DNA from: an uncultured bacterium
GTDB taxonomy: Bacteria > CG03 > CAZUQH01
DNA: 43,799 nucleotides
NCBI GenBank assembly: GCA_964622465.1
Contig: CAZUQH010000005.1
Coordinates: 1-43,799, forward strand
Direction: 5' to 3'
Positions 1 through 7,588 of the stretch are shown one piece after another (position 1 is the first letter of the stretch; each line of letters opens with the position of its first letter). The notes under the pieces are model-generated. The model did no database searches and was not told where the DNA came from. It was given only the letters and a program-made list of their open reading frames with translations. Position numbers and translations under genes: made by a program.

Positions 1-1
1 C

Positions 2-466
2 AGACGGCTCAAAGCAGAAATAGACAACGAGCTTTCTTTCCTGGACGAGATTCAGCATGAGATGGCCAAGGTGGCACCGAAACTCGCAAGAAATACACCA
101 TCTATTCTTGACTTGCGTGCAGCAGGATCCATCCTTCACGACTTCTATAACGGAGTGGAGAATATGTTTCGCAGGATAGCGCAGGAAGTAAATGGCGGGT
201 TGCCGACAGGAGATGACTGGCACAAGCAGCTTTTGAGGGATATGTCCCTGGAAATTGACGGGTTAAGACCAGCAATTATTTCTAAGTCGCTCGTGGGTGA
301 ACTCCAAAGGTACCTAGGTTTTCGGCATGTGTTCAGGAATATTTATGGTTTTTCGCTTGAAGCAAAAAGGATAAAAGAGCTCGTATGCGATTTTCCTAAC
401 GTGCTTTCCAGATTCAAAAGAGAAATAGGTAAATTCCAACACTACCTCGCCAGAATTTTGAAGTAA
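2..466 (+). CDS. HepT-like HEPN-fold ribonuclease toxin, 5'-partial (frame open to the window edge)
   Basis: The frame of ORF 62..466 stays open back to nt 2 (RRLKAEIDNELSFLDEIQHE-MAKV...). The translation ...SILHDFYNGVENMFRRIAQEV...LQRYLGFRHVFRNIYGFSL... resembles the HepT-like (DUF86-related) toxin family with its FRHxFRx motif. Recognised from memory, not searched. Confidence 0.45.
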   Translation, partial: RRLKAEIDNELSFLDEIQHEMAKVAPKLARNTPSILDLRAAGSILHDFYNGVENMFRRIAQEVNGGLPTGDDWHKQLLRDMSLEIDGLRPAIISKSLVGELQRYLGFRHVFRNIYGFSLEAKRIKELVCDFPNVLSRFKREIGKFQHYLARILK

Positions 467-503
467 GCAACTCCGAAAGGGCTGATAACTGCTCAAATAT
501 GTG

Positions 504-532
504 TTGACAAATATGTCTAGGTGTGATATATT
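504..532 (+). promoter_or_regulatory. sigma70-type promoter for tnpA (TTGACA, 17-nt spacer, extended -10 TGaTATATT)
   Basis: TTGACA at 504-509, 17-nt spacer, TG at 524-525, TATATT at 527-532. It lies 18 nt upstream of the tnpA ATG at 550. Confidence 0.5.
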
Positions 533-549
533 ATCATTATGGTTGTGAC

Positions 550-1151
550 ATGAAATTATCTGCCTGGGCAAAAAAGCAAGGGCTCTCATACAAAACTGCG
601 TGGCGACTGTGGGCCACTGGCAAGATTCCTTTACCTGCTGAGCAGCTTGCAACAGGAACGATAATTGGATAGAGCCAGAAACAGGTTATGAAGTAGAGCC
701 ATCTATAGTAGTTGTTTATGCACGTGTCTCATCTTCTGACCAAAGAAAGGATCTGGAGAGGCAAATATCAAGGTTAGTAGAATATGCCACTTCAAAGGGA
801 TATCATGTCCAGGGAGCAATAAAAGAGATAGGAAGTGGATTAAACGGAAAAAGGACAAAGCTTCTGTCTATTTTAAGAGACCAGAAAGTCCGAACAATAA
901 TAGTTGAACATAAGGACCGGCTTGTGAGGTTTGGATTTGAATATATTGAAGCACTTCTTACTGCTTCAGAGAGAAAGATAGAAGTTTGTGGTGAAAGTGA
1001 AATGAAAGACGATTTGGTTCAGGATATGATAAATGTGCTGACCAGTTTCTGTGCAAGATTATATGGCAGACGGTCTGCAAAGAACATAGCGAAGAGAGCA
1101 CTAAAAGAGATTGAGAGATGTGGACCCGGCAAGCATATCGTTACGAACTGA
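550..1151 (+). pseudogene. tnpA: IS607-type serine recombinase TnpA, frameshifted
   Basis: ATG 550 gives a MerR-like HTH (MKLSAWAKKQGLSYKTAWRLWATGKIPLPAEQLATGTIIG) and then TAG at 670-672. The resolvase catalytic domain (IEPETGYEVEPSIVVVYARVSSSDQRKDLERQ...RTIIVEHKDRLVRFGFEYIEALL...) continues in the frame of nt 669 to TGA at 1149-1151. This fits loss of 1 nt (or gain of 2) around 650-670. Confidence 0.8.
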
Positions 1152-2323
1152 AACCAAACAACAGGCAACGGACGCTACTTGGAAAACACGCTGGTTGTGC
1201 GAGGTTTGCCTACAACTGGGGACTTGCACGACGGATAGAAGAATACAAAAGGACAGGCAAATCATCAAACGCAATAGAACAGCACTGCCAGCTTAACGCC
1301 CTCAAGAAGACAAAATTTCCCTGGATGTATGAAGTGTCAAAGTGTGCACTACAGGAGGCGCCTCGAGACCTTGATAGGGCATTTGCAAACTTCTATCGTG
1401 GCTTGAAATCAGGCGAAAAAGTAGGATTTCCAAAATTCAAGAAGAAAGGCATTCACGATTCATTCCGGCTTACAGGTTCAATGCATGTATTTGCAAGGGA
1501 AATGGTTCTGCCACGGCTTGGGGAAATCCGCACCAAAGAATGTACAGACATCAAAGGTCGTATTCTCTCGGCGACAGTTTCCAGGGAGGCAGACCGGTGG
1601 TTTGTCTCTTTTGGAGTTGGACGCGAACGTCCCGCGTATGAGAGGACTGGTAGAGACCCGGCAGTTGGGGTTGATGTTGGATTGAGTTCGTTTTGTGTTC
1701 TCTCAGATGGGAGAAGGATAGAGTCGCCAAAGCCATTAAATAAAGCGTTGAAATTATTAAAACGAAGGTCAAGAAAACATTCGCGAAAGAAGAAGGGTTC
1801 AGCAAATAGAAAGAAATCTGCTTTACGACTTGCGCGTCTTCACCGCAAGATTAAAAACACGCGGAAGGATTTCCTGCACAAGGTTTCAACGGAGCTGGCG
1901 AAAACCAAGTCAGTGATAGTAGTTGAAGACCTTAATGTGCAAGGGATGATGGGGAATCACAGGTTATCCAGGCAAATTTCGGATAGCGGATGGGGTGAAT
2001 TCGTAAGGATGCTTGAATACAAGAGCAGTTGGTATGGCTCGTCTCTTGTGAGAGCGCCGAAATTTTATCCATCGTCCAGAATCTGTTCCGCCTGTGGTGC
2101 GATGAGACGGCATCTTGATCTTTCCGAGCGGGAATTTGTGTGTGAGAGATGCGGTAATATTATTGACAGAGACGAAAACGCCGCTCGGAATCTTGAAAGA
2201 TTAGCTACCGGAAGTTCTCCGGGAAGTTACGCCTGTGGAGATACCTCTGGCGGCGGAACGCCTCTACGAGACAGTGGGGCGGTCTACGAGCCATGTGTCT
2301 ATGAAGCAGGAAGCAGGCACTGA
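1118..2323 (+). CDS. tnpB: TnpB RNA-guided endonuclease (IS607/IS605 OrfB family), apparently intact
   Basis: N-terminus QAYRYELKPNNRQRTLLGKHAGCARFAYNWGL. RuvC-like triad candidates in VGVDVGL, VIVVEDLNV and IIDRDENAARN. Zinc ribbon CSACG...CERCG. 401 aa with no internal stops. Confidence 0.9.
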   Translation: MWTRQAYRYELKPNNRQRTLLGKHAGCARFAYNWGLARRIEEYKRTGKSSNAIEQHCQLNALKKTKFPWMYEVSKCALQEAPRDLDRAFANFYRGLKSGEKVGFPKFKKKGIHDSFRLTGSMHVFAREMVLPRLGEIRTKECTDIKGRILSATVSREADRWFVSFGVGRERPAYERTGRDPAVGVDVGLSSFCVLSDGRRIESPKPLNKALKLLKRRSRKHSRKKKGSANRKKSALRLARLHRKIKNTRKDFLHKVSTELAKTKSVIVVEDLNVQGMMGNHRLSRQISDSGWGEFVRMLEYKSSWYGSSLVRAPKFYPSSRICSACGAMRRHLDLSEREFVCERCGNIIDRDENAARNLERLATGSSPGSYACGDTSGGGTPLRDSGAVYEPCVYEAGSRH

Positions 2324-2350
2324 ATATCCTCTCTGGGATATTTGGGTAAG
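2190..2350 (+). ncRNA. putative TnpB omega-RNA (reRNA) scaffold spanning the tnpB 3' end and the IS right end
   Basis: By analogy with characterised TnpB systems, the scaffold overlaps the tnpB 3' end. Local hairpins are CCGGA-agttc-TCCGG (2209-2223) and ATATCC-tctctg-GGATAT (2324-2341, immediately after the stop). Extent is not determinable from sequence alone. Confidence 0.3.
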
Positions 2351-2400
2351 TTCTGTGGAACGGCGCTGCCAAAAAAACTAGCACTGGAGTTCACACCGCT

Positions 2401-4449
2401 GTGGCGAGCAAACTTCTCTTCCAATTTGGCGATTGCACTGGCGGTAACTGGCGAGCGGTTACCCTGTCAAACCGCCTCGGTACCGTTTCGCGACTACCAT
2501 TAGACCCGTCTGTTACCTTAAGCAAGTACGATGGGCTTCTTCAGATTAACCCAACTCCCGGAATACCTAACGACCGCTTCATCCTGCTCCACGATTATGA
2601 AACCTCACTGATAGAACTGGATACTAACAATGTCGTGCCTATTTATCCCAGGCGATTCAAGCGCTACCCATGCCCTGTCTGGCAGTGCGAGGCAACACTT
2701 GCAGACAGGCAAAATCTGACGCTCCTCAAGGACATCGTTCTTTTTCCATACGAGCAATCGGTTGCTGTATTCTGGAGGATTGTCCTACCGTATAATTACA
2801 AGGCAACTGGCGTACGCCTGAAAATAAGACCATGGATAGAAAATAGAATCTGCCATGCGGTTGTCAGACCCGGCTCAACCGCTCAATGTGAGAGCCCTGC
2901 TAAGGAACTGAGTATGTTGCTAACAAATGCGAAATGGCATGAAGAACCAGCCAATAGAATACTCAGATATGCCTGCGACATGGAGCGAGAACTGGAAGAA
3001 AACTGCGAGAGCCAAGTACATAGTCCTGGCTGGTTTGAATGTGAGTTCACGCAAAGGGGCAGTGCCCCAGGATATGTTGTCCTGTTTGCATCAGTAGAAA
3101 AGAAGTACCAGAATGAGGTCTGGAAGCAAAAACCGATAAGGATTGTCCGTGTTGCTAACGCAGTCTGGCGGAAAAAAGTCCGTAGTTTCACAAAGTTAAG
3201 AGACCGAAAGCAGCTTTATGTGAGAGACAACCCTAATGCCCTCGTACTTGCATTGAACCTTGACTCTTTCATCGTTCACAGGAAAGACCGTCCCACAACA
3301 ATCGCTGGTTACCCATGGTTTCTTGATTGGGGCAGAGATACTTTGATTTGCATCCCGGGACTCATTGCGGGGGCTCGCGCGAAAGAAGCAAAGACAATAG
3401 TCCTCGGGTTTGCGCGGTACGAGGAACATGGCACACTTCCGAATGTTCTGAGAGGAGAGGAAGTCAGGAACCGTGACACAAGCGATGCACCTCTCTGGTT
3501 TGTTGAGGCATGCCGGATACTAACACGAAATGGCAAAAGTGGTTCCCTGTTGCGGTGCCGGGTCAGCGATGCGGCTGGAAGAACGGTCCGGGATGTTCTG
3601 GAGAGTATCGTGTCCTGGTACATCCGGGGCACCCCAAACGGAATAGGAATGGACACGGACAGCGGTCTTATCTGGTCGCCCGCACATTTCACATGGATGG
3701 ATACGAATAACCCACCCTGCACACCCCGCGAAGGATACCCTGTGGAAATTCAGGCCCTATGGTATAACGCCCTGACTTTCGTAAGTACAATATCAAACGA
3801 GCCCGGGAATGAGCATTACGAAAAACTCGCCCGCAGAGTAAGAGATAACTTCACCGCGTTTTATCCAAATAAAAGCGGCTACCTTAATGACTGTCTGAGT
3901 GTTCCGGTTGGGACACCTGCAAGGAATGCAGTCGCAGACCCGGTCTTGAGACCAAACCAGTTGTTTGCGATAAGATTTGGATTGGTAAAGGCGGAGACAG
4001 CAAAAAGCATTCTGCGCATTATAGAGGAAAAACTGTTGGTCCCTCTCGGAGTCAGGTCTCTTGCGGACGAGCGGCTGGCAGTGCCGTTAAGCATCAAATG
4101 GAATGGACTGGAAATAGGTGACCCATATTATCGGTACCACGGTAAGTACATTGGACCCGAGGGACCGAGAGAGAATGGACCATGGCGAAAGATTGCCTAC
4201 CATAATGGGACTGCATGGACCTGGCTATTTTTTGAATTCCTTCTTGCTTATCTCAAGGTGTACGGAAAAACGCCTGCTACTCTGGCAAGAATAAGAGAAT
4301 TCCTCCGACCGCTTGAGCCGCATCTTTCTGACGCCGGGGTTGGTTCAATCTCGGAGCTCCTTGACGGAGACGCACCACATACGCCGCGGGGTTGCGACTG
4401 TCAGGCATGGAGCGTAGCAAAGGCACTGGAAGTACTGTCCCTTCTCTAG
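2401..4449 (+). CDS. amylo-alpha-1,6-glucosidase / glycogen debranching enzyme (GDE_C type), cytoplasmic
   Basis: Motifs GYPWFLDWGRDTLICIPGL, DAPLWFVEA, GYPVEIQALWYNAL, RPNQLFAI, LLVPLGVRSL, YHNGTAWTWLF and GCDCQAWSVAKALEV. No signal peptide. GTG start at 2401; an alternative GTG lies at 2356, and an in-frame TAA lies at 2347-2349. Confidence 0.85.
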   Translation: MASKLLFQFGDCTGGNWRAVTLSNRLGTVSRLPLDPSVTLSKYDGLLQINPTPGIPNDRFILLHDYETSLIELDTNNVVPIYPRRFKRYPCPVWQCEATLADRQNLTLLKDIVLFPYEQSVAVFWRIVLPYNYKATGVRLKIRPWIENRICHAVVRPGSTAQCESPAKELSMLLTNAKWHEEPANRILRYACDMERELEENCESQVHSPGWFECEFTQRGSAPGYVVLFASVEKKYQNEVWKQKPIRIVRVANAVWRKKVRSFTKLRDRKQLYVRDNPNALVLALNLDSFIVHRKDRPTTIAGYPWFLDWGRDTLICIPGLIAGARAKEAKTIVLGFARYEEHGTLPNVLRGEEVRNRDTSDAPLWFVEACRILTRNGKSGSLLRCRVSDAAGRTVRDVLESIVSWYIRGTPNGIGMDTDSGLIWSPAHFTWMDTNNPPCTPREGYPVEIQALWYNALTFVSTISNEPGNEHYEKLARRVRDNFTAFYPNKSGYLNDCLSVPVGTPARNAVADPVLRPNQLFAIRFGLVKAETAKSILRIIEEKLLVPLGVRSLADERLAVPLSIKWNGLEIGDPYYRYHGKYIGPEGPRENGPWRKIAYHNGTAWTWLFFEFLLAYLKVYGKTPATLARIREFLRPLEPHLSDAGVGSISELLDGDAPHTPRGCDCQAWSVAKALEVLSLL

Positions 4450-4456
4450 TGACAGA

Positions 4457-7400
4457 TCACCTTACAAGCGGGATTTCCACTTGCTTGCCATATTGGTAGG
4501 TCCCAAGAATTTTTCGCTGGTCATACTGTTGTGGCAATGCAATATCTATTATATTCGGTGCGCTATAGCCCGGCTTTGCGCCACCGAACTGCCATTCAGT
4601 TGCCTGGCTCTGCACAGAGCGGACTTTCCACATACTCGGTGGTGCGTAACCATCCTGACCCATAACAACACAAAGATATCCCGCCTTTGAAGCATCAAAA
4701 CTCACGAGTTGCTTTGGGATGTAGATGTTTACAGTTCTCTCCACCTCGTTAACCTTTACCTGTGGCGCACCTATCTTGACCGGCTCGCCGGAACTGCTGC
4801 CAGCATAAACAGATTGTTCCCACCCATCCACGGTCACAGCGTAGTCCCAGCGAGAACCCTCCTCCACATAAGCTCCCCTGCCAGGCAGGAGTGCTTTCCT
4901 GCCCTTGCCCGGGTCCGAGTCAATGTACACATCTAAAATTTGAAGAGACAATCCAACTGGTGAGTTCCAGGGATTTGTTATACTGCCAAGTCGCACCTGG
5001 AAAATTACATTTTCTTTTGTCGAGTAAACCGAAAAGCGTTGAATGTCAAACGAACCAGGCACAAACACAGCGTTAGATGGATAGACATAGGTTCCGGGAC
5101 CGTAGTCATCACCCGTTGCATCTATGACATCAACGAGTGGCTTATCCAGTCCAAGTTCAGGAACAACAAGTTTCGCTGTCCCGGGCGATGGCAGAGCATC
5201 TATCTTTTCTACACCGCGAAATACGAGGATGTTCGCGCGCAACTCTTCGTGTGAGACGAGTCCGAGAGCAGAAAATGGGATGGAAAATTCCAGAGTCCTG
5301 CCTGAACTTACACAGGAAATGTCAATTTTCTTGCGCTCCCATCTTTCTCCACCGTCTGCAATGTAGAGATTCACCAATGGCGGTCTGAAGGCGGTCACTA
5401 CTACTTCGTGGGACAAACCGTATCCTAACTCAGCGTTTGTAACTTCTTCACGAACGCCAGCTGGTCTAATCGCCGATGGTTCTGGTGTAGGCACAAGATT
5501 AAGTTTTTTTGCGCTCTCGCTTCCAAGAGCAAGAACGACTTTAATATCTTCTGGTTTAACCGGCAAATCCCGCGCAAAATCCGCACGAATGTAGAGGTTC
5601 CTCGTATCGTAGCCATACCAGAACTCGTTAAGCCATTTCTCTCCTGCCTGCATAACTCCACCTGGAACCGCACGATAGCATCCAGCGTTTTCCCATTCTT
5701 TCGCCTCTGCAACGCCATCTACAACCGGAGAGATCTGTCCAACAATCTCTTTTGCCGGAGTCCACGCCCATTGAGAAACAATTGGAACATAGAGCCGAAC
5801 AGGCGCTTCTTCCTCTATTGCGCGATACACTTCAACCAGGAGATTCCTGAACATCATGTCAAATGAGGCATCGTCACCAGAATCCATATCTGCCCCATAC
5901 CACCAGAACCAATCGCTTCCTTCGGCACTGTACATTGCTTCAAATGCGCGCGATAGCCGTGCTGGGTCTTTATCTGGCCGACTGGCATACCTGGCCAGCG
6001 CTTCTCTTGCCTCAGCAAGATACACCCATGCTATATTCTCTTCCCGTTCTCCTATCCAGATATCATAGGTTGCGTTTATCCAGGAGCCAGCCCAGAGTTT
6101 CTGAATTCTTGACCGTGGCTTGTTGTTTAGAAGAAATTCGGAAGGTGTGACTGTTTCAATTGACTTATCCCTGGATAGCATCTGGTAAAGACCGTGCAGA
6201 AATTCTTTGCCATCATTGGGGTAATTCTCCCAGCAGTTCTCGCCGTCAAGTATGACGCTAACCAGAAACGGTCCTTGTTTTCCCTTCAATTGGTCCCTCA
6301 CAAAATGCAAACGGTTTTGAAAATCCGCTACTGCCTGAGCTGCTGGCATCTTTGAATAGTTGAAACCAACTCTGTCACTCAACGCGCGGTCGCGGAATAC
6401 CATCGCGACTTCTTTCTCTCCGTCAGAGACAACATACGGCTGATATAGAACCTCGCCATTGAGTATCCTTCCGAGTGAATCCTTTTTTAATCTCGTATTC
6501 AAGGAGCGCTCAAGAACTTCCTCATCCGAAGCCATCCACCCGACACCTGCTTTTGCTACAATTGGAACTATCTCCTGCGCAACCGAGCCCTCAGCAGGCC
6601 ACATTCCTTGTGGCTTCTTCCCGAAACACTTCATATAGTATGCGATACCTTTTTCCACATGTGCTTCGGCATCTTCCGGGTATGAGAACCGTGTAGTTGG
6701 AAGGTCAATGCCTGGCAGAGCGACCCGTACGAGGTTTGTGTCGTAAATAAGCGGCAGTATAGGATGAGCATACGGGGTAAATGTTACCTCTATCTGTCCA
6801 GCATCCTGAAGTTTACGATGCACGGGGATAACTTCTTTCATTATCTCAAGGTGCATATCAAGTAGCGCTTTTTTGTCGGCTTCAGTGAAGTTGCGACCTT
6901 TTGCAACGAGTGTCCGTGCCGGCTCTTGTCTCTTGAAATCAGGGTCAAGCCATGCGAGATTGAACCACACCTGAAGGTCAACAAAATCCTGAGTTGTAAA
7001 CTTCTCAAGAGCTCTTGAAACAACCTCGGGGCTATAGGAACGACCTCGCTTATCAAGCAGTTCACGATACCGCGGATTTGGGTCAATCAGGTTCGGCCAG
7101 TTTGCGTCAAAAAAACGCTCCAGAATTTTCGCTTTCTCGTCTCTTGTGAGTTCTTTCGCTTGCTTTTCTGAAAGCACCCAGTAAATATCCCGCTTCCCGT
7201 CAAGGAACTCTTCAATCTGTTTCAATAGCGACGGAGTAAGATTGAAGGTGCAGTGAATATCAGGATATTCTTGAAGGATGGCGCACATGTCATAGTAGTC
7301 CTTGACCGAGTGCATTCTCACCCAGGGTTTAGAAAAGTATCCCTGCTCGTCAACCGGGTATATTGGCTGGTGCTGGTGCCAGATAATTGCAAGATAAAGC

Positions 7401-7495
7401 GGGTGTTCCGCTGAATGGATGGCACCGTATGCCGAGACCAAAACCAGAAGACACGCAACGAAAACTAACACACCTGAACATTTTTCAGACAACAT
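4457..7495 (-). CDS. secreted GH57 alpha-amylase/amylopullulanase-like enzyme with glucodextranase-like C-terminal domain
   Basis: GH57 regions IIWHQHQPIY, GQIEVTFTPYAHPILP, GMWPAEGS, ILDGENCWENY and GSDWFWWYG. C-terminal DATGDDYGPGTYVYPSNAVFVPGSFDIQRF...LQILDVYID. Start chosen at ATG 7495 (MLSEKCSGVLVFVACLLVLVSAYGA signal peptide) behind GGGAGG at 7501-7506. The ORF-track start at 7564 adds 23 unlikely residues. Confidence 0.85.
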   Translation of the reverse strand: MLSEKCSGVLVFVACLLVLVSAYGAIHSAEHPLYLAIIWHQHQPIYPVDEQGYFSKPWVRMHSVKDYYDMCAILQEYPDIHCTFNLTPSLLKQIEEFLDGKRDIYWVLSEKQAKELTRDEKAKILERFFDANWPNLIDPNPRYRELLDKRGRSYSPEVVSRALEKFTTQDFVDLQVWFNLAWLDPDFKRQEPARTLVAKGRNFTEADKKALLDMHLEIMKEVIPVHRKLQDAGQIEVTFTPYAHPILPLIYDTNLVRVALPGIDLPTTRFSYPEDAEAHVEKGIAYYMKCFGKKPQGMWPAEGSVAQEIVPIVAKAGVGWMASDEEVLERSLNTRLKKDSLGRILNGEVLYQPYVVSDGEKEVAMVFRDRALSDRVGFNYSKMPAAQAVADFQNRLHFVRDQLKGKQGPFLVSVILDGENCWENYPNDGKEFLHGLYQMLSRDKSIETVTPSEFLLNNKPRSRIQKLWAGSWINATYDIWIGEREENIAWVYLAEAREALARYASRPDKDPARLSRAFEAMYSAEGSDWFWWYGADMDSGDDASFDMMFRNLLVEVYRAIEEEAPVRLYVPIVSQWAWTPAKEIVGQISPVVDGVAEAKEWENAGCYRAVPGGVMQAGEKWLNEFWYGYDTRNLYIRADFARDLPVKPEDIKVVLALGSESAKKLNLVPTPEPSAIRPAGVREEVTNAELGYGLSHEVVVTAFRPPLVNLYIADGGERWERKKIDISCVSSGRTLEFSIPFSALGLVSHEELRANILVFRGVEKIDALPSPGTAKLVVPELGLDKPLVDVIDATGDDYGPGTYVYPSNAVFVPGSFDIQRFSVYSTKENVIFQVRLGSITNPWNSPVGLSLQILDVYIDSDPGKGRKALLPGRGAYVEEGSRWDYAVTVDGWEQSVYAGSSSGEPVKIGAPQVKVNEVERTVNIYIPKQLVSFDASKAGYLCVVMGQDGYAPPSMWKVRSVQSQATEWQFGGAKPGYSAPNIIDIALPQQYDQRKILGTYQYGKQVEIPLVR

Positions 7496-7530
7496 TAGTT
7501 CCTCCCTCATACGGCCTCTAGATTCAACTG

Positions 7531-7567
7531 GGTCCGCCGCGCCGGCGATGGCACTGCCACGCAAGGT
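7531..7567. repeat. GC-rich palindromic intergenic repeat, copy C (REP-like)
   Basis: GGTCCGCCGCGCCGGCG (7531-7547) contains the hairpin CGCCG-cgc-CGGCG. It is followed by GCCACGCAAGgTA (7556-7567). Both blocks recur at 15150-15166 and 15194-15205. Confidence 0.5.
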
Positions 7568-7588
7568 AGCTGACTCATTATGATAGCG

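Larger units (their letters stand above)
490..2350 (+). mobile_element. IS607-family insertion sequence (tnpA pseudogene + tnpB); ends approximate
   Basis: Serine-recombinase tnpA overlaps a downstream tnpB by 34 nt, the typical IS607 layout. CAAATATGT occurs twice in direct orientation at 494-502 and 508-516. One inverted copy (ATATTTG) lies at 2338-2344, just after the tnpB stop. Boundaries are inferred from these repeats and the flanking ORFs. Confidence 0.7.

Noticed and set aside
314-652. 112-aa minus-strand ORF spanning the HepT 3' end, the IS left end and the tnpA start
   Set aside because: It overlaps two better-supported plus-strand features and a promoter. The translation has no family resemblance.
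650-672. Programmed ribosomal frameshift in tnpA
   Set aside because: No slippery X-XXY-YYZ motif or downstream structure at the junction. IS607 transposases are not known to use recoding. Pseudogenisation or a sequence error is simpler.
924-1296. ORFs 924..1151 and 1111..1296 listed as separate genes
   Set aside because: 924..1151 is the 3' part of the frameshifted tnpA catalytic domain, called from an internal GTG. 1111..1296 is an out-of-frame overlap with the tnpB start.
4447-4462. Bidirectional terminator between the convergent GDE and GH57 genes
   Set aside because: Only a 4-bp GTGA/TCAC stem with no flanking U/A tracts. This is too weak to call.
7496-7564. Long N-terminal extensions in the ORF track (also 10010-10063, 16397-16528, 17724-17840, 26179-26208, 27395-27457)
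   Set aside because: The extensions lack signal-peptide character and often start at GTG. They overlap upstream genes or repeats. Internal ATGs give proper signal peptides or lipoboxes and usually follow GGAGG-like sites.
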